A stretch of DNA of 37,035 bases from a virus (Duplodnaviria; Caudoviricetes). The stretch covers positions 1-37,035 of IMG/VR virus record IMGVR_UViG_3300042468_000248; one strand, written 5' to 3'. Every line of letters starts with the position of its first letter. Within the stretch, counting starts at the first letter, position 1. The position numbers were made by a program, and so were the translations under genes. Shown one piece after another: positions 23,189-31,668 of the stretch. The notes under the pieces are model-generated. The model saw nothing but the letters and a program-made list of their open reading frames with translations, had not been told where the DNA came from and ran no database searches.

Positions 23189-23545
23189 TTATTCCATTGT
23201 TGTTAGCATCTGCTGCAACAAGTGCCCAAGCCGATCCACAAGCTGTTCGTCGCGGGACAAGTCATCATGCCCTGCCACGTCAAGCATGGCGTGTGTTGCT
23301 TCATGCGCCCACACCTGTTGGCGATTCGTGCCTTTACAAGAACTTAGAATATGGATTTCATATTTGTCTGGAAGCCACATTCCAACACAATTCTTGCCAT
23401 GCCGCCACTTTGAAGGCGGAATGACTTTTACTTTGATCGTGTGGCCGGCAAGTTGAAAGTGCTGTGGGATACCGTCGGCGCGTGTTACGGCGTCGTTTGC
23501 GCCCACTTTTGCAGCGCTCGCAGTTTTGCGTTTTGCGCGTCGCAT
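23189..23545 (-). CDS. Small HExxH metallopeptidase-like protein
   Basis: QQVWAHEATHAML with a downstream E (RDEQLVD); the 5' end overlaps the Rz-like gene. Confidence 0.75.
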   Translation of the reverse strand: MRRAKRKTASAAKVGANDAVTRADGIPQHFQLAGHTIKVKVIPPSKWRHGKNCVGMWLPDKYEIHILSSCKGTNRQQVWAHEATHAMLDVAGHDDLSRDEQLVDRLGHLLQQMLTTME

Positions 23546-23946
23546 TGCGCGGCTAGCTCTCGTAACTCGGGCCCGATGTCTGGCCCTTGTTCAATATTTG
23601 TTCCAGCCGATCCTGCACTGCTCCCGGTGGTGGAGGCGGCTCCATCAGCTCCTTGGGCGGCGCTACCGGCTGGCACTGCGGCGGGCTCACGGCACAACCG
23701 GACAGGAGTATTGCGAACAGGGCGGCGAGCAAGACTAGCCAATTCGGATGCGTACGCAGACGAAGCCATTTCAGCGCGTATGCGATTAGCACGCTCGGTC
23801 CGTAGTTCAGCTTCCAGACGCTCCACTTGAGGGCGGATTTCTTCACGGCCTTGCTCCCGAAATGTGTGTGCCGCGTAGACTGCCAGCAACCCTAGCCCGG
23901 CAGTCAAGATCAAATGCGGCGCGTACTTCAGTAACCAGTAAGGCAC
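23485..23946 (-). CDS. Rz: Rz-like inner-membrane spanin
   Basis: N-terminal TM, coiled coil, VRLC and C-terminal QCD; directly after the endolysin. Confidence 0.8.
   Translation of the reverse strand: MPYWLLKYAPHLILTAGLGLLAVYAAHTFREQGREEIRPQVERLEAELRTERANRIRAEMASSAYASELASLARRPVRNTPVRLCREPAAVPAGSAAQGADGAASTTGSSAGSAGTNIEQGPDIGPELRELAAQCDAQNAKLRALQKWAQTTP
23553..23846 (-). CDS. Rz1: Rz1-like outer-membrane lipoprotein spanin embedded in Rz (start uncertain, possibly GTG 23792)
   Basis: Alternative frame wholly inside Rz; hydrophobic stretch with lipobox LLSGC; Pro-rich mature part (CQPVAPPKELMEPPPPPG). Confidence 0.8.
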   Translation of the reverse strand: MKKSALKWSVWKLNYGPSVLIAYALKWLRLRTHPNWLVLLAALFAILLSGCAVSPPQCQPVAPPKELMEPPPPPGAVQDRLEQILNKGQTSGPSYES

Positions 23947-24287
23947 TACTTTACACCATTGTGCTCAAAACTGTAGTGGTTGCCGTCGTCAAACCGCCCG
24001 CCCCAGCGCGCAAGCGGGTGCTGTTGTTCCCACCATTCGCCAAGCGGTTTGTGGTCTTCGGACTGTTCCAGAAACTCTCCGTTTCGAAACAAGTTGAGAT
24101 CAATAGCCAAACGCACTTTATGGGCGCTGTTGGGATGGCTATAGGACTTACGTACGCCTAAAGCGCCGTGGACTCTGGGGTCTCTGTAGGCGTCGCCTAG
24201 TGAGACCTCATAGCCCAACTCGTAAGCCTTTTCAATAAGTTTGGCCACCAGACGGGCAAACACGCGCTGCTTTTGGCCTAACGTCAC
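23946..24287 (-). CDS. Endolysin, peptidase M15 (L-Ala-D-Glu endopeptidase-like)
   Basis: R...SAHKVRLAIDL...WGGRFDDGNHYS zinc-ligand pattern (SxH-x6-D, DxxH). Confidence 0.9.
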   Translation of the reverse strand: MTLGQKQRVFARLVAKLIEKAYELGYEVSLGDAYRDPRVHGALGVRKSYSHPNSAHKVRLAIDLNLFRNGEFLEQSEDHKPLGEWWEQQHPLARWGGRFDDGNHYSFEHNGVK

Positions 24288-24511
24288 GGCTTGTCCGCTT
24301 TGTCGTCCAGCTTGTCGTTTATGCGCATCAACATCGTTTTGATTTCGTCGATGTCAGCGCGATAGTCGGCACGGGTCACGTAAGTTAACGGTAATTGCCG
24401 GACGTCGCGGTCTAACCGTTCAATGCTGCGGCTAATGTTGTTGAGAATCCACCCGCCAAACAAGCCAGCGATTCCTATGATGATGTTAAAGAGAATCTGC
24501 CCGTCATCCAT
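24284..24511 (-). CDS. Holin/antiholin-like protein (N-terminal TM plus coiled coil)
   Basis: ILFNIIIGIAGLFGGWIL TM, then YVTRADY...INDKLDDKADK; directly before the endolysin. Confidence 0.65.
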   Translation of the reverse strand: MDDGQILFNIIIGIAGLFGGWILNNISRSIERLDRDVRQLPLTYVTRADYRADIDEIKTMLMRINDKLDDKADKP

Positions 24512-24690
24512 CACACGCTCCGTAGCACTAGGGTGACAAGCCAGCTAATCAGCGCTCCCGCCGACAGCCACAGCAGCTTTTCGACCCAATCAATTCGCTT
24601 TTCTAGCCTTGCTACCCGGTCGGCAACGGCCTTGATCTTGTGGCCGTAGTCCGTCTTCAGTAGGCGCAAGTCCTTGGTTTCAATCGTCAC
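24511..24690 (-). CDS. Small membrane protein (59 aa; coiled coil plus C-terminal TM)
   Basis: Read manually: MTIETKDLRLLKTDYGHKIKAVADRVARLEKRIDWVEKLLWLSAGALISWLVTLVLRSV; GTGA and TGATG overlaps at the two ends. Confidence 0.75.
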   Translation of the reverse strand: MTIETKDLRLLKTDYGHKIKAVADRVARLEKRIDWVEKLLWLSAGALISWLVTLVLRSV

Positions 24691-24893
24691 TTCTTATCGG
24701 CAAGTGCCTGCGTCGTAATCGTACGCAGCACCAGGTTCGTGGCCGCACCAACCAGCAAGATTGACGCTGCGACATCTTGACCGAACAGCGTCGTCAGGTG
24801 CCCAGCAAACATCTCAATGCTAGCGAGCAACGCCAGCATGACGTTCCACCACACCGTTTTGGATTTAAGCGCACCTTTGATTGACGGGGGCAT
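24687..24893 (-). CDS. Holin candidate (two TM segments)
   Basis: KSKTVWWNVMLALLA...ILLVGAATNLVLRTITTQAL; AAGGAG SD; first gene of the lysis cassette. Confidence 0.7.
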   Translation of the reverse strand: MPPSIKGALKSKTVWWNVMLALLASIEMFAGHLTTLFGQDVAASILLVGAATNLVLRTITTQALADKK

Positions 24894-24903
24894 AGTCGTC
24901 TCC

Positions 24904-26724
24904 TTATCGAGCTAATTGATTTTGACGGGCTTCAGCGCCTGCGAGGGCGTTTGTTACTACAGCCGCCGGAGCTGCCGCGCGCTGCGCTGCTGCGCCCGCA
25001 CGACGGACACCGCCGGTGATTTCCTGCACGGTCCCCGCGCGGCGTTGCGCGGCCTCAAGGGCAAGCGCAGCCGTCTCGGGTTGCAGCATGTCGGTAGCGA
25101 TTTCAATAGCGAGCTTGCGGTCAATCTTGCCAGCCAAACGCTTCAGGATCGCGTTAGCCACAGTCGTGACGCGGTTGAGTAATGTCGGCATCGTCACGCC
25201 GCCCGCCGCCTCGACCAAAAGCTGCGTGCCAGCCGTTTCAGCACTGGGGCCAGCCGGGCGTGCCGCGCGGGCTTGCTCGCGGTACTTTGCCTGGCGCGCC
25301 AAGTCTTTGCGGATGTTTTCGACAATATTGACCTGATCGGGCGTGAGCACGTCGGAGAGCTTTTCGTAGCGCGGCGCGCCCGCAGCAGCACGCTGGATCG
25401 TCTGCGGCGCGGCTTCAACAGCCCCCGCAAATGCTGCCGGGCGGAGTTTTTCTTCGCCTTGCAGCGCTGAAGTCAGCTTGCTCTCAAGGTACTGACCGAC
25501 TTCCATCTGGTTAATTGGCTTGCTACGCGCCTGAAACGCGCTGCGTGCCGTGCCATATTCCGGCACTTGGCCTTCTAACCAGCTAATAAACTCTTTGCGC
25601 GTGCCGGCGATTTTGCTGGCTTCAACTTTGCCAATGCCATAAGTCGCGGGGTTTTGCACCAAATCATCTAGCGCCATTTTAACGTAGTGCATGTCGGCAG
25701 CGGTATAACTACCGCTTGCACCAAACGACGCGCCTTCTTCTGCCGCCAAGTCTTTAGCGCGGTCAAACGCTTTTTTCACTGACGGACGCGATTGCAAGGC
25801 TTTAAGCGTAGCGTCTTCGGCGACGGCTTTGGCGCCAGCCTGCCCGTAAAGCAAATTAGCTTCAGCCGCGCGGGCCATTCTAGCCGACGTAAGCTGTGCC
25901 TCAGTGCCGCCCACCTCGCGGATAGAAGCCGCGCGAGCGGCGTCTTGGGCTTGTCGGCGTGCCATGTACGCGGAGGGCAGAATCTTCTCTGCCGACTCTT
26001 GCAGCGCCGAAAAGCGCGTCGCGCCCACAGGCGCTGCCGCCTCGCCCGCCGTCGGCGTAGCGCCCGGCACAATCTCAGGCTGCTGACGCAGCGCGTTGAT
26101 GATCTCCGGCGCGCGGCCTTCAGCGGCCTCAAGCAGCACGTTGGCCTTACCACCGATCGCAGCGCGTTCCAGCGCGTTAATACCCGCGCGACCAGCCGCC
26201 GCCGCAGGTGCCGTAATGACGCGTGTGGGGTCCGTAACGCGGGAGACCGTGCCCAGCACTTGACCTGCACGTCCCGGCGCCGCTACGGCACCCGCGCCCG
26301 CTAGCGTAGACACGTCGGCGGCGAAGCCAACGGGGTCTGTAGCAATGGTATTCTTGAGCGCCTCGACGCTGCCGTAACGGTCGCGGTAGACACCACCAAC
26401 GGCATCGGCTTTTGCAATAAACTCCGCAGCCTTGTCGGGTCGCGCCATCCACTCTTGCGGGATGAACCGAGCATACGCGCCGGTCAACACTTCGCCGAGT
26501 TCTTCTAGCGTCTCGCGCGGACGCGTGACTGCCGTGTACAAGCCTTTAAGCATTTGCATCCCGCTTTCGGGAATGTTGCTAATGGCTTCTCGTCCGACCT
26601 GCGACCATGTGCGCCCGGTCGGCATGACATCCTGACGCTGTTGAGCCAAGTACGCATCGGGGTCAAACGCCGGTGCGGTAGATGGCTTCTTTTGCGCCAG
26701 ATACGCGTCTGGATCAAAGGCCAT
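24904..26724 (-). CDS. Internal virion / DNA ejection protein (large)
   Basis: Ala-rich helical 606 aa; third of three genes at the P22 gp7/gp20/gp16 position. Confidence 0.7.
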   Translation of the reverse strand: MAFDPDAYLAQKKPSTAPAFDPDAYLAQQRQDVMPTGRTWSQVGREAISNIPESGMQMLKGLYTAVTRPRETLEELGEVLTGAYARFIPQEWMARPDKAAEFIAKADAVGGVYRDRYGSVEALKNTIATDPVGFAADVSTLAGAGAVAAPGRAGQVLGTVSRVTDPTRVITAPAAAAGRAGINALERAAIGGKANVLLEAAEGRAPEIINALRQQPEIVPGATPTAGEAAAPVGATRFSALQESAEKILPSAYMARRQAQDAARAASIREVGGTEAQLTSARMARAAEANLLYGQAGAKAVAEDATLKALQSRPSVKKAFDRAKDLAAEEGASFGASGSYTAADMHYVKMALDDLVQNPATYGIGKVEASKIAGTRKEFISWLEGQVPEYGTARSAFQARSKPINQMEVGQYLESKLTSALQGEEKLRPAAFAGAVEAAPQTIQRAAAGAPRYEKLSDVLTPDQVNIVENIRKDLARQAKYREQARAARPAGPSAETAGTQLLVEAAGGVTMPTLLNRVTTVANAILKRLAGKIDRKLAIEIATDMLQPETAALALEAAQRRAGTVQEITGGVRRAGAAAQRAAAPAAVVTNALAGAEARQNQLAR

Positions 26725-26726
26725 AA

Positions 26727-27953
26727 TTAACGTGCTCCAAGTCGCTGCTTGATTTCCGCCGCGCGCGGGTCGTTCGGGTTGGAGTTAGCCCAGTTAAGCG
26801 CTTCCTGATCTGCCGGCGATAACCGCGCCGCCGCGCGCTTTTCAAACTTAACTTCAGGATAGTAGTCCAGCACTTCAGGCTCTTTCTTAGCCAACATATC
26901 GCGTTCTTTGTTGTAGCGATTGATGACGTTTTCAGCCGACTGGTCATTGATGCGAATGATGCGTCGGATGGACTCAACCGACAGCGTTTCTTCGCCTGCC
27001 GCGATCTTCTTAGCAAACCCACGGTCAGCATCCGAAAGGCCCGTACCGGCACCAAACGCCGTGATGCGCTCGGCAACCTGCTGGCCAACGCCCGCGAAGT
27101 AAGCCTCCGTCGCCGACACGTCAATACCCACAGCCTTAGCAACAGCCAGACGTGCGTTAGCCAACGTGCCCGAAATAAACTTCGGATCGTTGAGTAGCGG
27201 CGCAAGCTGCTCAGAGTTTTGCAGCGAAGACACCGCCGACTCTGCCTTGGTGCGGAAATCATCCAAACGCTTGCCTGCCGTCTCACCTAGCGTCTCGCTG
27301 AACTTTTTACCGGCAGGCGGCAGATTGACCGTGGTGCGAGCCGCGCCCGCACCAGCGATGCGAACCTTTTGCGCTTCGACTTCAGCCGACATCGGTATAA
27401 ACAATTTAGCCCGTTCAGCCGGCGGAATCTGCGACAAGAACTGACCGCGCAGCGCAGCCTGAAGCTGCATGGGGTCGTCGGGTAATGCACTAGCAGCATA
27501 ATCGCGGAACTGCGGCACGATGGTGCCTTGCGCGATCATAAAGTCTAGCTGGTCAAGCACCTTGTCTTTAGTCGGCGGCGCTTCGCCGTATGCCAAATCG
27601 CCAAGCGTTTTTTGAAACCGACCGTAATTTTCATCGGCCAGTTTGGCTTCAAGGCCGCGAACTTCAAGGCCAGTCTTTTCTGCCGTCGCGCGCTCGCCTG
27701 CAATATCTGCAAACGAGGCGGCCATCTCGGCGCCAGGTTTGCCAAATCGCATAAGTGTGTTTTGCGCTTCAGCCGTGGTCAGATCAGGCGTAGCGGTAAG
27801 AAAGTTGCGCAGCTCGGCTGCGCGTTGCGCTTCTAACATAGCGGCTTGGTCTGCCGCACGTTGCCGTTTTGCGGCGCGCCCGGCTTCTAGTCCTTGCACG
27901 TACTGACCAAGGACGTTGACGGGCTCCAACTGGGTTGCACCAATGACTGCCAT
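26727..27953 (-). CDS. Internal virion / DNA ejection protein (middle)
   Basis: Helical, Ala/Gln-rich, 408 aa; synteny. Confidence 0.7.
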   Translation of the reverse strand: MAVIGATQLEPVNVLGQYVQGLEAGRAAKRQRAADQAAMLEAQRAAELRNFLTATPDLTTAEAQNTLMRFGKPGAEMAASFADIAGERATAEKTGLEVRGLEAKLADENYGRFQKTLGDLAYGEAPPTKDKVLDQLDFMIAQGTIVPQFRDYAASALPDDPMQLQAALRGQFLSQIPPAERAKLFIPMSAEVEAQKVRIAGAGAARTTVNLPPAGKKFSETLGETAGKRLDDFRTKAESAVSSLQNSEQLAPLLNDPKFISGTLANARLAVAKAVGIDVSATEAYFAGVGQQVAERITAFGAGTGLSDADRGFAKKIAAGEETLSVESIRRIIRINDQSAENVINRYNKERDMLAKKEPEVLDYYPEVKFEKRAAARLSPADQEALNWANSNPNDPRAAEIKQRLGAR

Positions 27954-27956
27954 GAC

Positions 27957-28730
27957 TTAGTCTCCCGTACCGTATTGGCCGGTGTACGGTATGGCAGAGC
28001 CGCCATACGGGCCCAAATTCTGCCCGCCGCCTGGTGTGCCGCCGGTCGGGCCAAAGTACCCGCCCCGATAGAGGCCGTATCCCATAGCGCCTTGTCCCAG
28101 CGCCTGCGCGAGCGCGTTCGCTTGACCGAGGTAGCCCGACGCGCGGGCCTGCCCAGCGCCCATCATCAAGTTGCCAATGTTGGTGCCCATCTGGCCCGCT
28201 TGCTTCGCAACCTGCTGCGAGGTCGCTAGACCGCCACCGTAAAGGCTGCCGAGCGCGCCGAGACGCGTGCCCATCAACGCCTGGGCGCGGTTAAAAGCGT
28301 TCATGTACTCTTGCGAGCCCATCTCTTGCCCATACCGCACACCCGCGCGAACAGCCCCACCACCAAGCAACTGCCCGCGCGCGGCCTGCATACGCTCCAG
28401 CGCCTTTTCGCCTTCGGCCAGACGGAACGCATAGCCAGGATCGGCTTGCATTTGTTCTGCCGTAAACGGCGCGCCGATTGATCCGTAGCCGGGTGTGCCG
28501 GGCTCGCCGCCAATGCCTAACATGCGCATCAACTCATTCTGCGACGCCATGCCCGCTTGACGGAACGGCTCTTGAAGCTCTACCTGCCGTTCAAACGTCT
28601 CGCGCTGTACTTGTGCCGCTTGATCGGCGGCCTGCTGTTGCGCTTTGGCGGCCTTGCTAGCCCCCCGCGACGCGACGGCACCGCCAATAACGGCGCTGCC
28701 AAGGATTGCTGCTGCGGTTCCAATGGCCAT
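27957..28730 (-). CDS. DNA transfer / ejection protein, P22 gp7-like
   Basis: Hydrophobic Gly/Ala N-terminus, ASKAAKAQQQAA, LQEPFRQAG, DPGYAFRL, Gly/Gln-rich. Confidence 0.8.
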   Translation of the reverse strand: MAIGTAAAILGSAVIGGAVASRGASKAAKAQQQAADQAAQVQRETFERQVELQEPFRQAGMASQNELMRMLGIGGEPGTPGYGSIGAPFTAEQMQADPGYAFRLAEGEKALERMQAARGQLLGGGAVRAGVRYGQEMGSQEYMNAFNRAQALMGTRLGALGSLYGGGLATSQQVAKQAGQMGTNIGNLMMGAGQARASGYLGQANALAQALGQGAMGYGLYRGGYFGPTGGTPGGGQNLGPYGGSAIPYTGQYGTGD

Positions 28731-29188
28731 TACGCCACCTCTCTCATAAACGTGCGTTCCATAGGACGAAACCCTTTTCGTGCATACAGGCTAGCCATCT
28801 TGCCTGCGCGGTCATCTTCAAGGGCAATCATAAAAAGTGCTGTTGCGTTTTTTGCGATTGCCCACGATTCGATCGTATCGTACATGGCTTGGCCGGCTCC
28901 TTTGCCCCGCGCTTCGGGGGTCAGCCACCACCACAACTCCTGCACTACCATATTGGTTGGGCTGAAGTACATAGGGTAGAACAATGCGCCCGCGATGCCA
29001 ATAATTTTGCCATCGTCTTCGGCCAACCAGACGCCTACCGACGGGTCGTGTATGGCGCGTAAGTAAAAGTCTGAATAGCCGTCCACGTCAAACGGGATAA
29101 CGCCGTGCATAGGGGACGCCGCATGGAACGCCTGCGCGAGTGGCAGGTAACGCGGCAAATCCTCGGCAATGGCGTTACGAACGATCAC
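28730..29188 (-). CDS. GNAT-fold acetyltransferase in the tail module
   Basis: MIVRNAIAEDLP, WWLTPEARGKGAG acetyl-CoA motif, LYARKGF. Confidence 0.85.
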   Translation of the reverse strand: MIVRNAIAEDLPRYLPLAQAFHAASPMHGVIPFDVDGYSDFYLRAIHDPSVGVWLAEDDGKIIGIAGALFYPMYFSPTNMVVQELWWWLTPEARGKGAGQAMYDTIESWAIAKNATALFMIALEDDRAGKMASLYARKGFRPMERTFMREVA

Positions 29189-29520
29189 GAAATCTCCCGC
29201 CCCGAAGCGCGGATGTTAATAGCCGTCGCCGCAGAGGCAATCGTGGAGATCGACCCGCCGGGGGCCAGCACATGGCCCACAATCTCAGGAAACGTGTACG
29301 TTTCCGAGGGCAGCAGGGTCTTGCTTTTGATGATTAGGTTCTGGTTGCCGGCGTTATCAAACTGCGTCACGAGGTTGACCGAAATGGTCCGGGCCGTCGT
29401 GTCGAAGTTGGTCGCCGTAAACTTGTCAATAATCGCCGACACGTTGGTCGCCGTGTACTGCGAGGTTTGACTGTTTTCGGCAATTTTTGCCGGGATCAGG
29501 ACTTTGACGCTAACTGCCAT
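29185..29520 (-). CDS. Hypothetical beta-rich tail protein (111 aa)
   Basis: AAGG SD, overlap with the GNAT start; IIDKFTATN...ETYTFPEIVGHVL...IRASGREIS. Confidence 0.75.
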   Translation of the reverse strand: MAVSVKVLIPAKIAENSQTSQYTATNVSAIIDKFTATNFDTTARTISVNLVTQFDNAGNQNLIIKSKTLLPSETYTFPEIVGHVLAPGGSISTIASAATAINIRASGREIS

Positions 29521-29528
29521 GTGTCACC

Positions 29529-30161
29529 TTAGAATGTAAAGACCATGCGCACGCGGCCTGAAAGGCCACGGTCGCCGTCGAAAAATGCACCGCCGTTACC
29601 ACCCGCGCCTGCCGTTAGCGACCCAACACCCGCGATACCTGCTGCGCCTGTTGACGTAAAGAACGCCCCACCGTTGCCGGTCGTGTTTGTCGTATTGCCG
29701 CCCGTAGCCGTACCACCGGCACCTTGTTGAGCGAACTGCCCCGAGTCGCCGCCGTTGCCGCCGTTTGCGGTCATGGTGGTGATTGTATACGTCCCGCTGG
29801 ATACGTTTGAAAAACCGCCGGGTTCGCCGTTTGGCGCAAAACTTGTACCGCCGGGACCACCAACGCCAACAATGTAGTTGATCGTTTTAAGGGCGTCAGG
29901 CGCCGTCAGCACCAAAATAGTCTTGCTGTAGCCGCCACCGCCGCCACCGCCGCCGGGGAACACTTCGGGTTCGCCGGGGGCAATCTCACCTAGATAGCCA
30001 TATCCGCCGCCGCCGCCGGCACCCCAAACCTGAATGGTTACGCCCGTTGCGCCCGTAGGGATAGTGACCGACCCTGAACCCGGCTCGGAAAAGTCAAACA
30101 CGCCAGCTCCAGCGCCGCCGGTGCTGCCGTTGATGAACGCAACGAGAGTAGCGCCGCTCAT
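29529..30161 (-). CDS. Glycine-rich tail-tip / receptor-binding-type protein
   Basis: VWGAGGGGG and further poly-Gly tracts, ending GRVRMVF; start placed at MSGATL (30161, TAATG coupling). Confidence 0.75.
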   Translation of the reverse strand: MSGATLVAFINGSTGGAGAGVFDFSEPGSGSVTIPTGATGVTIQVWGAGGGGGYGYLGEIAPGEPEVFPGGGGGGGGYSKTILVLTAPDALKTINYIVGVGGPGGTSFAPNGEPGGFSNVSSGTYTITTMTANGGNGGDSGQFAQQGAGGTATGGNTTNTTGNGGAFFTSTGAAGIAGVGSLTAGAGGNGGAFFDGDRGLSGRVRMVFTF

Positions 30162-30961
30162 TAGGTCAAACCCGCTCCACTGATGAGCCAAGATGTCGCA
30201 CCAATCTTGATGCAAGTGGCTACGCCGTTCTGTGCAAGCGTCCGCGTGCCAGTCGTGGTGCTGTTTACAAGCGTCAAGGTGTCGGACGTAATCGCAATCG
30301 ACAGCGCCGAGCTGTTGACGTTAATTACGATGAACACCGTACCTGTTGGAAAGGGCACCGAAGCGTTGGCCGGGATAGTCAGCGTCACGCTGCTACCGTT
30401 CATTACGATGGTTTTGCCGGCATCCGAGGCGATGAGCGTGTAGCCCGTCGTCTTGCTGTTGAGCGGCGCCTCGCGGTAGCCGACCGGATAGTTAGTGTTG
30501 CTCGGCGCGTTGTCGGGAATCAGCGCCGTGCCGGTAAAGGTTGGGCTGGCAATCGGTGCGTAGGTTGCAGCAGCGGTCGCCGAGGACAGCGCATCCGTGA
30601 TGCCATAACCTGCCAGCGTAGTCGGTGTGCCTGAAACGTTAGACCAACTAATACCCGAGACCGTCAAATCGTTGACGCCCGAAATGTCATCGTACGTACC
30701 GATCTGCACGCCAGCCGACGTTTGCAGGATGAACTTGTAGCTGACGGCCTCAGATAACCAAATCTCCGCTGGTACGCGGCCTTCGGAGTTGAGCACGATA
30801 GGGTTTGCGTGCGCCGTGCCGCCACCGATGCTGGTGTAGGTCGCCTCCGGCGTCGTGGTGCCTGCCGTGTAGGTAAAGATTTTGCCACCGGCCAACGGGT
30901 TGCCAGCGCCGTCAAAAAACTGCGCTCCAGCACCGGCCAGCGGGGAAAGAAATACGCTCAT
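30161..30961 (-). CDS. Tail appendage with P22 tailspike head-binding-like N-terminal domain
   Basis: QFFDGAGNPLAGGKIFTYTAGTTTP...NPIVLNSEGR; PTTLAGYGITDA fibre repeat; ASPTFTG; YTLIASDAGK...WLISG C-terminal module. Confidence 0.75.
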   Translation of the reverse strand: MSVFLSPLAGAGAQFFDGAGNPLAGGKIFTYTAGTTTPEATYTSIGGGTAHANPIVLNSEGRVPAEIWLSEAVSYKFILQTSAGVQIGTYDDISGVNDLTVSGISWSNVSGTPTTLAGYGITDALSSATAAATYAPIASPTFTGTALIPDNAPSNTNYPVGYREAPLNSKTTGYTLIASDAGKTIVMNGSSVTLTIPANASVPFPTGTVFIVINVNSSALSIAITSDTLTLVNSTTTGTRTLAQNGVATCIKIGATSWLISGAGLT

Positions 30962-31668
30962 ACGTACACCTGCATAACGGTCAATATGATGGATGGAATT
31001 GCCGGCACGGGAGCAGCCGCCGCAAACGTCTGAAGCTGCACGTCAAGGCTGTCCACCGAAAAATATAACTGAAAGTAGTCGCCGTTGGATAGCGGCAAGA
31101 AAAAGTTTGCAGCCGAGAAGATTTCGGCGTTGTTGCCCTGAATCTGAATCAACGACCCAGAATTGGCGACCGCCGTGCCGTTGATAGCGGGCCAAATGTA
31201 AAACTTGCCGCTACCGCCTGAAGTCTTGTCCACCTGAATGGAAAACTGCACGTTGTAGATGGCAGGCCGCGCAACTTTGATTTTGCTGCTATCCGCCGGA
31301 TCACGATAGACGCCATACGCCGTGTCGGCGTTGTTGTAAGTAATGGCATAACCCGTATTGATAACGGTCGCCGCTTGCGTCTGCGTTGAAAAAAACGACC
31401 CAAAATTTACCACATTCGGTTCGGGATACCGGGGCAGCAGTTTAAGCGCCTGTATCTCCGACTCTAGCACCGGCACGGCATCCTCTACCGTAGCCGCCAA
31501 TGCCGGGGTCAGCTCAAGGTCGGCTGTCGTGATCTGCGTTGTGCCGCCGCCCGTCAACTGGAACTGGTTGTTTAGAAACCGAAACCACTCACGTGAAATC
31601 AAGCCCGTGCGCTCGTCCACAAACGGCACGCGGGGCGCCGGAATGTTAGTCGTATTAGGTACGGTCAT
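30958..31668 (-). CDS. Tail protein at the P22 gp26 (tail needle) position
   Basis: IPAPRVPFVDERTGLISREWFRFL N-terminus, short coiled coil, C1q/TNF-like beta C-terminal domain; follows the gp10-like gene. Confidence 0.6.
   Translation of the reverse strand: MTVPNTTNIPAPRVPFVDERTGLISREWFRFLNNQFQLTGGGTTQITTADLELTPALAATVEDAVPVLESEIQALKLLPRYPEPNVVNFGSFFSTQTQAATVINTGYAITYNNADTAYGVYRDPADSSKIKVARPAIYNVQFSIQVDKTSGGSGKFYIWPAINGTAVANSGSLIQIQGNNAEIFSAANFFLPLSNGDYFQLYFSVDSLDVQLQTFAAAAPVPAIPSIILTVMQVYV

Noticed and set aside
30180-30230. Second hammerhead (CTGATGAG on the plus strand)
   Set aside because: No GAAA after the potential stem II, no stems I/III, and it is antisense within a coding region.
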